From NCBI GenBank assembly GCA_963797095.1, contig CAWCNY010000003.1:128001-192000 (forward strand): a stretch of DNA of 64,000 nt. Reading direction: 5' to 3'. The notes under the pieces are model-generated. The model made no database searches. It was not told the origin of the DNA and was given only the letters and a program-made list of their open reading frames with translations. Of the stretch, positions 46,889-55,304 are shown piece after piece. Position 1 is the stretch's first letter. Every line of letters starts with the position of its first letter. Both the position numbers and the translations under genes were made by a program. Source of the DNA: an uncultured Chloroflexia bacterium (GTDB taxonomy: Bacteria; Chloroflexota; Chloroflexia; QHBQ01; JADMIH01).

Positions 46889-47656
46889 ATGAAAGTAGAC
46901 GGCGACCACAACATCAATAGGAATGAGGAAGAGGCATTACAGGCGAACGCCGTGCTGGCGGTCGATGTGGTGCTTTTCACGGTGCGGGAAGCCGAGGACC
47001 TTGAGGACGCCTGGCAGGTGCTGCTGGTCAAGAGCGGCAAGCGAGTGTTCGAGGGAAGGCGCGCTCTGCCCGGTGTCATAGTGCGCCCGAAGGAGAGATT
47101 TGAAGAGGCCGCGCGGCGGGCGCTGCGCACAAAGACCGGGTTGGATGCCACCGACTGGTATCTTGAGCAGTTGGGGACCTGGGGCGAGCCTGAGAGGGAC
47201 ACGCGCGGAAGGGTGGCTTCAGTGGCATACTTCGCGCTGGTGCGCTCTGACCACCTGGTGCTGGCGGCGGGGGATATGATGCTCGATGCCGAGTGGGTGC
47301 CCGTTCGGCGCGCGCTTCGGGAGGAGTTGGCGTTCGATCACTCGGAGATGTTGAGGGCGGCGGTGGCGCGGGTCAGGTCGAAACTGCGGTATTCGTGGGT
47401 GGCGTTCCAACTATTGCCCGACCGCTTCACCTTGCCGGAGATGAGGGCGGTGTATGCCGCGATCCTCGATCCTTCGGTGGCGCGGCTCAACAGCAGCAAC
47501 TTCAAGCGCGCTTTCGGTGAGTTGTTCGAGTCGGGTGCGCTTGTGCCTACAGGGGAACGCGCCGATATCCAGGGTCGTGGCAGGCCGGGCGACCTCTACC
47601 GCTTTTCGGGCCCGCTGGCGGGAACGCGGGAGCGCGAGTTGCCCTGGCACAGTTAG
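46889..47656 (+). CDS. nrtR: NrtR-family regulator (Nudix + winged HTH)
   Basis: AVDVVLF, YLEQLGTWGEPERDTRGRVASVAY, LAFDH, FTLPE, NFKR and GRPGDLY motifs; Nudix box degenerate (RALRTKTGL). Confidence 0.88.
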   Translation: MKVDGDHNINRNEEEALQANAVLAVDVVLFTVREAEDLEDAWQVLLVKSGKRVFEGRRALPGVIVRPKERFEEAARRALRTKTGLDATDWYLEQLGTWGEPERDTRGRVASVAYFALVRSDHLVLAAGDMMLDAEWVPVRRALREELAFDHSEMLRAAVARVRSKLRYSWVAFQLLPDRFTLPEMRAVYAAILDPSVARLNSSNFKRAFGELFESGALVPTGERADIQGRGRPGDLYRFSGPLAGTRERELPWHS

Positions 47657-47729
47657 GATTTCGGATTGCGGATTTGATTATGGAGGGGTGGATTTTGACT
47701 AGGTCATATTCTAATTCGTGAGGTGTGAG

Positions 47730-48563
47730 ATGGTAGAGTTTCAGGTGGTTGGAGGGACGGTGATGGGGCGGGAGCACTACCGGATGCGGGCTAACAGGCA
47801 GGATGCGTTCCGTATCGAGAGGCTGGATGGAATTGCCGTGGCGGTGGTGTGCGACGGGTGCGGCGACCCTGCAAGCCCACATTCGGAGGTAGGTGCCGTG
47901 CTGGGGGCGCGCACCATCGCGCACAGGCTGTCTGCACTGCTGGCCGCCGATGAGATGCTTCTATCCACACAGGATGGGATGGAAAAAGTGTTGGAGAGAG
48001 TGCGGAGAGACACGCTCGTTAGCCTGAGAAAGTTAGCCAGGACGATGGGCGAGGACCCTGAGGAGGCGATATGCGATTGCTTCCTGTTCACTGTAGTGGG
48101 GTGCGCTATCGGTGAAACGCACGCGGCGTTCTTCGCGCTGGGCGATGGGGCAATCATCGCCAATGGGGTGGCTATTGTGCTTGGCCCCTATGAGAACAAT
48201 GCGCCGCCCTATCTAGCCTACGGGCTGCTGGGAAAAGGCATAGAGCAACATGATCTGGGCTTCAAGGTGCATCGCCATTTGCGCACCTCTGAGCTTGACA
48301 ATTTTCTAATTGGCACGGATGGAGTTTGCGACCTGATTAAGGACGATGGGCAAACACTACCCGGCACTACGGAGCCTATCGGGGGCGTGGAGATGTTCTG
48401 GCACGAAGCGATACACTTCTCCAATCCGCATGCGCTCGGCAATCGCCTGCGCCTGATCAACACCGATCAGGTCAGGATAGATTGGCAGAGCCACAGGAAA
48501 ACGACTGATTGGGGCAGGCTGGCGGACGATACTACCCTGGTGGTGGGGAGGCGGAGTGGATAG
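47730..48563 (+). CDS. PP2C-like Ser/Thr phosphatase
   Basis: GREH..NRQDA, VVCDGCG, LGDG, IGTDG and DDTT motifs. Confidence 0.88.
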   Translation: MVEFQVVGGTVMGREHYRMRANRQDAFRIERLDGIAVAVVCDGCGDPASPHSEVGAVLGARTIAHRLSALLAADEMLLSTQDGMEKVLERVRRDTLVSLRKLARTMGEDPEEAICDCFLFTVVGCAIGETHAAFFALGDGAIIANGVAIVLGPYENNAPPYLAYGLLGKGIEQHDLGFKVHRHLRTSELDNFLIGTDGVCDLIKDDGQTLPGTTEPIGGVEMFWHEAIHFSNPHALGNRLRLINTDQVRIDWQSHRKTTDWGRLADDTTLVVGRRSG

Positions 48564-48583
48564 TGCGTGCTGCTTACTTTTTT

Positions 48584-48639
48584 GCGTATTGCGTATTGCG
48601 TATTGCGTATTGCGTATTGCGTATTGCGTATTGCGTATT
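48584..48639. repeat. Perfect heptamer microsatellite (GCGTATT)x8
   Basis: Eight exact units between the phosphatase and kinase genes. Confidence 0.95.
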
Positions 48640-48666
48640 GCGTCTCCGTATCGGTAGGGTGAGGCT

Positions 48667-50592
48667 ATGAAGAGTGTTTATGTGGGTCGGCGTGAGATCG
48701 GATTGTCGAGCAGGAACGCCATCGGGAAGGGCGGCGAGGCTGACGTGTATAGCATTGGAGGCGGGCTGGCTCTGAAAGTGTTCAAGACGCCTGACCACCC
48801 CGACTTGCAGGTGCTCGATCCCGCTGAGAGGCAGGCGTTGGCCTGCGCGGCGCAAATGCGCATCGAATTGCACCAGCACAAGTTGCCCGCCTTCCCTCAT
48901 GGTCTGCCCGCACCAGTGCTTGCCCCGGTAGAGTTGGCTTACGACCGCAGGGGAAGTGGGGCGCGCATCGTCGGGTATACGATGCCGTTCATCAAGGGAG
49001 CAGACCTGCTGTTCCAGTACGGCAAGCGGGGGTGGAGGGAGTCGGCGTTAGGGGCGGGCATCAATGAAGATAGAGTGCGCGATCTGCTGCTGGAGCTTCA
49101 CGCGGCAGTGACAGGCATCCACGCGGCTGGGGTGGTGATCGGCGACTTCAACGACCTCAATGTGCTGGTGAAGGATGGCCGGGTGTATATGGTAGACGCC
49201 GACTCGTTCCAGTACGGCGGTTTCCTGTGCAACACATTTCAGTACCGCTTCCTGGACCCACTCCTTTGCGAGGCGGTAGGCACGCACCCTGAGATGGTCA
49301 GGCCGCACAATATCGGGTCGGATTGGTATGCATACTCGGCGATGGCGATGCAGTGCCTGTTGTACGTCGATCCGTATGGCGGGCTGTACAGGCCTGCCGA
49401 CCCTTCACACAAAGTGGCGGAGGCGCTGCGCCCGCTCCAGAGGATCACGGTGTTCAACCCTGAGGTGCAGTACCCCAGGGCGGCGCTGCCGATCTGCATG
49501 CTGCCCGACGACCTGCTTCAGCACCTGTACGCGACGTTCGAGCGCGACGTGCGTGTCGAGTTCCCGGCGGCGCTTCTGGACGGAATGAGGTGGACCAAAT
49601 GCTTGCAGTGCGGCCAGCGGCACGCCCGGCAGGTATGCCCGTTCTGCACCGGACAGACGGGGGCGGTGCTCGCGGACGCGGCGCGCATACAGTCGCAGGA
49701 GGTGCGCGGGCAGGTGATCGCAACCCTTGTGTTCAGGACCGAAGGGCTGGTGGTGGCCGCATCGGCGCAGGGTGGTCGCTTGCTGTGGCTGTATGAAGAA
49801 GGAGGTGAGTTGAGGCGTGAGGATGGATCACCTGTAACTCAGGGAAGCGCCCGGCCCGGCATGCGGGTCAGCTTGAGCGGCACTAGCACGCATCTGGCTA
49901 TGGGAGGCGTGGGAGTCACGCTCAGTCCGGACGAGGGGCCTCAGCGGCGGCTGGCCGAGAACTTGGGTGGCGAGACGATGCTGGCCGCAAACTCGCGCCA
50001 CGCCTACTGGATCGAGGGTGGGTACCTGTATCGGGAGGGCGCGCTTGGGCTTGGGCCGTTCCTGATCGGTGAAGTGCTGGCGAACGCTACCCATCTGTGG
50101 GTTGGCGAAACGTTCGGCTTCGGGTTCTACAGGGCCGGAGGCATTTCGGGCGCGCTGGTGTTCGATGCCGAACGGGCCGGGATCAACGACCGGGTGGGGG
50201 TGCAGATCCCACGCGGGCAGATAGTTGACGACGAATGTGTGCTCGGCGATGACAGGTGCTGGTTCATGGTCAGCGCCCAGGAAGGAGGTAGTATAATCAA
50301 CTATTGCACGGTAATTATGCGCGCTGGCAGGGTGATTGCTGCACACAAAGCGAAGGATGGCGACGGGTCGTGGCTGGGGTCGATACATGGGCACTGCGCG
50401 GCAGGCCCGGCCCTGCTGGCCCCCACCGACGCGGGGATTGTGCGCCTGGAAGCGCACGGCGCCTCCATCCAGGAGACGAAAACTTTCCCCGATACAGCAT
50501 CCTTTGTACAAGGTGGAAGCAGGCTCTTTGGAGCACCCAATGGAGTATATGTGATTAGCTCGAACGAGATAAGACTGTTGCGGATGGCATGA
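48667..50592 (+). CDS. YegI-like Ser/Thr protein kinase with Zn ribbon and beta-rich C-terminal domain
   Basis: GKGGEADVY, ALKVF, VIGDFNDLNVLV, VDADSF and SDWYA motifs; CLQC..CPFC. Confidence 0.85.
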   Translation: MKSVYVGRREIGLSSRNAIGKGGEADVYSIGGGLALKVFKTPDHPDLQVLDPAERQALACAAQMRIELHQHKLPAFPHGLPAPVLAPVELAYDRRGSGARIVGYTMPFIKGADLLFQYGKRGWRESALGAGINEDRVRDLLLELHAAVTGIHAAGVVIGDFNDLNVLVKDGRVYMVDADSFQYGGFLCNTFQYRFLDPLLCEAVGTHPEMVRPHNIGSDWYAYSAMAMQCLLYVDPYGGLYRPADPSHKVAEALRPLQRITVFNPEVQYPRAALPICMLPDDLLQHLYATFERDVRVEFPAALLDGMRWTKCLQCGQRHARQVCPFCTGQTGAVLADAARIQSQEVRGQVIATLVFRTEGLVVAASAQGGRLLWLYEEGGELRREDGSPVTQGSARPGMRVSLSGTSTHLAMGGVGVTLSPDEGPQRRLAENLGGETMLAANSRHAYWIEGGYLYREGALGLGPFLIGEVLANATHLWVGETFGFGFYRAGGISGALVFDAERAGINDRVGVQIPRGQIVDDECVLGDDRCWFMVSAQEGGSIINYCTVIMRAGRVIAAHKAKDGDGSWLGSIHGHCAAGPALLAPTDAGIVRLEAHGASIQETKTFPDTASFVQGGSRLFGAPNGVYVISSNEIRLLRMA

Positions 50593-50665
50593 GGTCAAAC
50601 GCGACCACAAGATAACCGGCATTTGAACGACCATGCGTGAAGCATGGCGAAAAGGAGAGAATGAA

Positions 50666-51790
50666 GTGACAACCAATGTAAAGCACGTCGCCGTGAACAA
50701 CGGGATCGCGGCACCCACAGTGCAACACGCCTCATGGCTCCCAGTCCCGCCGCACTTCGACCCCTCGAACACGGACAAGGTGTGGGCGGTCGATTACCTG
50801 GCGCTGGAGCGCACCGGGGAGGCCTGGGCGAAGTCGCACGACATCGCGCCAGCAGCCTCGGATGCTATCAAGACTGCACTGATACTGATCGACGTGCAGA
50901 TCACTTTCTGCACACCGGGATTCGAGTTGTTCGTGGGAGGCAGGTCGGGACGAGGGGCGGTCGAGGACAACGTGCGGCTGTGCGAGTTCATCTACCGCAA
51001 CATGAAGCAGATCACACGCATCTTCCCGACGATGGATACGCACACACAGTTCCAGATATTCCACCCCCTGTTCTGGGTGAACGACGCGGGCGAGCACCCT
51101 GCACCCTACACGGTGATCACACATGCCGATGTAGAGGGCGGAGTGTGGAAGGTGAACCCACGGGCCACCTACTCGCTCGGCGGCAACTACCTGGCGCTGC
51201 AAAAGCATGTTGAGTACTACACCGAGCAGCTTGAGCGGACTGGCAAGTATGCCCTGATCGTGTGGCCACCACACGCGATGCTTGGTGGGATCGGGCATGC
51301 CCTGGTGCCGTCGGTGCACGAGGCGGTGGAGTTCTTCAACGCGGCGCGGGCCTCGCAAACCGGGTTCGAGATCAAGGGCGGGCACCCGCTGACCGAGAAC
51401 TACTCGGTGCTGTCGCCTGAGGTAATCACTACATCAGGTGGTGCGCCTCTGCCGAACGCGGGCAAGAACTACAGGTTCATCGAGAAACTGCTAGATAGCG
51501 CATCGGGCTTCGATGTGATCGGGATCACGGGGCAGGCGCTTAGCCACTGCGTGGCGTGGACAATCGACGACCTTCTGAAAGACATCTTGCAGAAGGACCC
51601 GGCAGCGGCCAAGAAGGTGCACATCATCCGCGATTGCTCGTCGCCCGTTGTTACCCCAGGGTACGACTTCACGGACGATGCTGAGGCCGCCCTCAAGCGG
51701 TTCGAGGAGGCAGGCATGCGCATCGTGCGCTCCACCGACCCCATCACCGAGTGGCCTGGATATACTGAGGCTTTGCAGAAGAACGGTTGA
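50666..51790 (+). CDS. Nicotinamidase-like cysteine hydrolase (isochorismatase fold, long variant)
   Basis: LIDVQITFC, TMDTH, WPPH, IKG..TENYS and GQALSHCV give an Asp-Lys-Cys triad plus metal ligands; GTG start after AAGGAG. Confidence 0.82.
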   Translation: MTTNVKHVAVNNGIAAPTVQHASWLPVPPHFDPSNTDKVWAVDYLALERTGEAWAKSHDIAPAASDAIKTALILIDVQITFCTPGFELFVGGRSGRGAVEDNVRLCEFIYRNMKQITRIFPTMDTHTQFQIFHPLFWVNDAGEHPAPYTVITHADVEGGVWKVNPRATYSLGGNYLALQKHVEYYTEQLERTGKYALIVWPPHAMLGGIGHALVPSVHEAVEFFNAARASQTGFEIKGGHPLTENYSVLSPEVITTSGGAPLPNAGKNYRFIEKLLDSASGFDVIGITGQALSHCVAWTIDDLLKDILQKDPAAAKKVHIIRDCSSPVVTPGYDFTDDAEAALKRFEEAGMRIVRSTDPITEWPGYTEALQKNG

Positions 51791-51794
51791 TTTC

Positions 51795-51939
51795 TTGTAC
51801 ACGAAGAGGCGAAGGAAGGCGAAGGGCACGAAGGTTCTTAAGGATATGAGGCAGTGCCGAGCATGTGTGTGAGCGAATAAGAATAATCTTTAATAAAACT
51901 TCGGGATCTTCGCGTTCTTCTTCGCTTCTTCGTATTCAA
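51795..51939. repeat. Imperfect ~40-bp inverted repeat built from CGAAG/CTTCG units
   Basis: TTGTACACGAAGAGGCGAAGGAAGGCGAAGGGCACGAAG ... CTTCGGGATCTTCGCGTTCTTCTTCGCTTCTTCGTATTCAA. Confidence 0.7.
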
Positions 51940-51979
51940 ATGAAACCCGCTGAGGGCAAGATAATAAGGAGATAAGGAA

Positions 51980-52786
51980 ATGAATAATAACGGAACACCG
52001 GATGTTAGCAGCCTGTTTGCACAGGCGCACGGATACGGCGAGCTTTCGGACGAGGCTTACCAGGCGCTTTCGGTGGCCGACCTGGGGGCGCAGATACAGG
52101 CGGCGATGGGTGTGCCCGCGCTGAACGTGCCCACCAGCCGGGGCGTGCTCCTCACGATGCTGATAGACGATTCAGGCTCGATACGGTTCAAGGGGAACGA
52201 GCAGGCGGTGCGGGACGGCTACAACGAGATCGTGAAGGCGATGAGGGAATCGAAGCAGGCCGACGAGATGCTGGCGACCACGCGCTACTTGAACGGGCGA
52301 GTGCTCTACCCGTACCAGTTCCTGGCGCACGTGCCCCTGCTGGACAAGGGGAATTACCAGGCCACGGGCGGCACCCCCCTTTACGACCAGGCGATAGCCA
52401 CCCTTGGGACGGTGCTTGCCAAGACGCTGGAGTTCGGGCGGAACGGCACTCCTGTCAACACGGTGACGCTGATTGTTACGGACGGCAACGACGAAGGCTC
52501 GACCAGTACGGCCCGGCAGGTCTACCCCATCGTGACCGACATGCTTGCTCAGGAGTGCCACATCGTGGCGGGCATGGGCATAGACGATGGATCCACCGAT
52601 TTCCGAAGGGTGTTTCGAGAGATGGGCATCCCCGACCGGTGGGTGCTGACGCCGCGCAACGACCCCAAAGAGATCAGGCGGGCCTTCCAACTCTTCTCCC
52701 AATCGGCGATGAGGGCGTCATCCAGCGGGGTGCACTTCAGCGCAACAGCCCAGTCGGGGATGTCGATGGGTGGGTTTGGTGGCTAG
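51980..52786 (+). CDS. Stand-alone vWA domain protein (TerY-like)
   Basis: IDDSGS MIDAS, GGTPLYD and IVTDG motifs; strong AAGGAG SD. Confidence 0.85.
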   Translation: MNNNGTPDVSSLFAQAHGYGELSDEAYQALSVADLGAQIQAAMGVPALNVPTSRGVLLTMLIDDSGSIRFKGNEQAVRDGYNEIVKAMRESKQADEMLATTRYLNGRVLYPYQFLAHVPLLDKGNYQATGGTPLYDQAIATLGTVLAKTLEFGRNGTPVNTVTLIVTDGNDEGSTSTARQVYPIVTDMLAQECHIVAGMGIDDGSTDFRRVFREMGIPDRWVLTPRNDPKEIRRAFQLFSQSAMRASSSGVHFSATAQSGMSMGGFGG

Positions 52787-52846
52787 TAGTCGGTAGTCGG
52801 TAGTCGGAGAGAAGCAGGAACCGAAAACTTCTGACTACCGACTACC
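52786..52846. repeat. Heptamer hairpin element (GTAGTCG)3 ... GACTACCGACTACC
   Basis: Inverted arms; a related copy lies at 61108-61193. Confidence 0.8.
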
Positions 52847-52864
52847 ATGTGATATATTGCCTCT

Positions 52865-53365
52865 ATGGCACGATTGACTATCGCACGGGACGGTATAGCG
52901 GAATATCTAAGGCTCATCGAAGAGACGCCGGGACGCGTCCCGGCGTCTACTTCGTGGTTGGATGATGCTCTACTGGCGCAGGCTCCGGGCGGGCGCGGGT
53001 GGTCGGCGGCGCAGGTGCTGGCACACATCAGGGGCTGCGACGAGGTTTGGTCGTACAGCATTTACGCCATGCTGGTGGAGAAAGAGCCTGTGCTGGCGGC
53101 GGTCGATGCGCGCAGGTGGGCAGAGGTCGCCGGATATGAAACGATGGGTTTTCATGAAGCGTTGCAAACGTTTGCGCTCAAGCGAGCGGAGTTGGTAAGG
53201 GTGCTGCGCGGCCTGCCGCAGGAGGCGTGGGGAAGGACCGCCAATATAGGTGGGCGAGCGCACAGCGTGTTCAGCCAGCTCAGAAGGATGGGCAAGCACG
53301 AAGTCGAGCATTGCGGGCAGATTGAGGAATTAACAAAATGGCCCGGATCTAGTGATGAACCTTGA
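52865..53365 (+). CDS. DinB/YfiT family protein
   Basis: WSAAQVLAH ... HEVEH. Confidence 0.85.
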   Translation: MARLTIARDGIAEYLRLIEETPGRVPASTSWLDDALLAQAPGGRGWSAAQVLAHIRGCDEVWSYSIYAMLVEKEPVLAAVDARRWAEVAGYETMGFHEALQTFALKRAELVRVLRGLPQEAWGRTANIGGRAHSVFSQLRRMGKHEVEHCGQIEELTKWPGSSDEP

Positions 53366-53390
53366 CAACGGTACTATCAACGTGTAAAAT
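53362..53390 (+). promoter_or_regulatory. Sigma70 promoter of the hrcA operon
   Basis: TTGACA-17 bp-TAAAAT. Confidence 0.85.
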
Positions 53391-53400
53391 TATTTTGTGG

Positions 53401-53427
53401 TTAGCACTCCATCAAGAAGAGTGCTAG
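53401..53427 (+). promoter_or_regulatory. CIRCE element (HrcA operator)
   Basis: TTAGCACTC-N9-GAGTGCTAG. Confidence 0.95.
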
Positions 53428-53485
53428 CATGCACAAATCTCGCAAGGCTCAGGCGTGAAACGCCAAATCTATAGTGCAAACAAAC

Positions 53486-54559
53486 ATGGACCAGACCGGC
53501 GATATTCGAATTAGCGACAGGCAGCGCATCATCCTCAGCATTGTGGTCGAGGAGTATGTCACAACCGCGCGGCCTGTGGCGTCCGAGCAGATTGTGAATA
53601 ACTACAATCTGGCGGTATCGTCGGCCACGGTACGCAACGACTTGGCCGAGCTTGAGCGGCTGGGCCTTATTGTGCAGCCGCATACCAGCGCTGGGCGCAT
53701 ACCCACCGACAGGGGTTACAGGTATTTCGTGACCAACCTGATGCACCCGGCGTCGCTGTCGCAGGACGAGCAGCGAAAGATCAGGCACCAGTTCCACCAG
53801 GTGGAGTTGGACGCCGAGGAATGGGTGCGGCTGGCCGCGTCGGTGCTGGCACGCACCGTCCATAGCGCGGCAGTGGCGACCGCTCCACGCAGCATCGAAG
53901 TGCGGTTAAAGCACTTTGAACTGCTGGCTATTTCGGAGTCGCGCTTGCTGCTGGTGCTGGTGGGCGATGAAGGCTCGGTCACACAGCAGATGCTGACGGT
54001 CAATGAGGCCGCCGACCAGGGCGAGTTGAGCACGCTATCGAATATGCTGAATACTTCCCTGGCGGGCATGGGCGGCAGTGAGATCGGAGCCTGGACCGCC
54101 AAGGATGAGAATGTCGCGCCCCTGGGCGACCTCGCCCCAACAGTATTGAAAACGCTGGCATCGATGTTGCAGAAGCTGGAACGACCAGAGTCGTCGAACG
54201 TGTACCACGAAGGACTTAGCCACATTTTGGAGCAACCGGAGTTCCGCCAGCCTGAGAGGATGCAGCGAGTGCTTGAGATGTTCGAGCAGGGCGACGTATG
54301 GTCTACCCTGATTACTTCGATGGCGGGCCGCGAAGGCGTGCAAGTGATCATCGGAGAAGAAGCGGCTGCCGAAGGGATCGCCAGTTGCAGCGTAGTGCTG
54401 GCGCGCTACGGACTGGAAGACCGCATGACCGGCATTCTGGGCGTGGTCGGCCCCATGAGGATGCCCTACAGCAGGTCGGTTTCGACCGTGAGCTATATGT
54501 CGCAGTTGCTGAGCGACCTTTTGTTGCGGGCATACAACCCCTATCGGGGTAGCGAGTGA
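53486..54559 (+). CDS. hrcA: Heat-inducible transcription repressor HrcA
   Basis: SSATVRNDL, QPHTSAGRIPTDRGYRYFV and GVVGPMRMPY motifs; alternative GTG start at 53474. Confidence 0.97.
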   Translation: MDQTGDIRISDRQRIILSIVVEEYVTTARPVASEQIVNNYNLAVSSATVRNDLAELERLGLIVQPHTSAGRIPTDRGYRYFVTNLMHPASLSQDEQRKIRHQFHQVELDAEEWVRLAASVLARTVHSAAVATAPRSIEVRLKHFELLAISESRLLLVLVGDEGSVTQQMLTVNEAADQGELSTLSNMLNTSLAGMGGSEIGAWTAKDENVAPLGDLAPTVLKTLASMLQKLERPESSNVYHEGLSHILEQPEFRQPERMQRVLEMFEQGDVWSTLITSMAGREGVQVIIGEEAAAEGIASCSVVLARYGLEDRMTGILGVVGPMRMPYSRSVSTVSYMSQLLSDLLLRAYNPYRGSE

Positions 54560-54609
54560 CGAGTGACGAGTGACGGAGTAAGCAGTTCGCAGTTCGCAGT
54601 TCGCAGTAC
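54556..54609. repeat. Heptamer arrays (GTGACGA-like)3 and (GCAGTTC-like)4
   Basis: Begins at the hrcA stop codon. Confidence 0.8.
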
Positions 54610-54672
54610 ATCAGACCACAAAGGCAAGAGAATTAAGAACTCAGGGGGTGAGTGTAAAGAGTGAGGGACAAC

Positions 54673-55188
54673 ATGGAACAGGAAGCAAATATAGAAGAAA
54701 CGCCAAACGGCATCGAGGAAGCCCAGGAGCAAACCGGACAGGTAGCGCCTGAGCGCGACATGGCGGCGGAGTACCTCGAAGCCTTGCAGAGAGAGCGCGC
54801 CAACTTCATCAATTACAGGCGGCGCGTAGACCAGGAGAAGACAGAAAGCGCCCAGTACGCAGCAGCCAACCTCATAAAGAAACTGCTCCCGGTGGTGGAC
54901 GATTTCGACCGGGCGCTGGCGGCGGTGCCGGAGGCCGACCGCAAGCACAACAAGTGGCTACAAGGGATCGAGTTGATCGCCCGTAAGCTGCACGCTGTGC
55001 TTGAAGGAGAAGGCGTAGAGCCGATCGAGGCGTTGGGCCAGCCATTCGATCCGAATCTGCATGAGGCTGTCGCATTCGACGACAACGGGAACGGCGGCCC
55101 GGATACAGTGAGCGAGGTGTTCGCCAAAGGCTACAAGCTAAAGGACCGCGTGATCAGGCCGGCAATGGTCAAGGTATCGCGGGGATAA
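54673..55188 (+). CDS. grpE: Nucleotide exchange factor GrpE
   Basis: RERANFINYRRR, FDPNLHEAV and GYKLKDRVIRPAMVKV motifs. Confidence 0.97.
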   Translation: MEQEANIEETPNGIEEAQEQTGQVAPERDMAAEYLEALQRERANFINYRRRVDQEKTESAQYAAANLIKKLLPVVDDFDRALAAVPEADRKHNKWLQGIELIARKLHAVLEGEGVEPIEALGQPFDPNLHEAVAFDDNGNGGPDTVSEVFAKGYKLKDRVIRPAMVKVSRG

Positions 55189-55304
55189 GCGGAGTGCGGA
55201 GGGAAGCCCTTTGCCGGGGTTTCAGGGGTGTCCCCTGCTTCTCACCCTTCCCATTCTAATAAGACAATTCAGAAATCAAAATTCATATTTGGAGGAAACA
55301 TAAA

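Noticed and set aside
55189-55255. GC-rich GGGGTTTCAGGGGTGTCCCCTG stretch between grpE and dnaK resembling a dispersed repeat
   Set aside because: Single copy in the window; cannot be supported without a genome-wide search.
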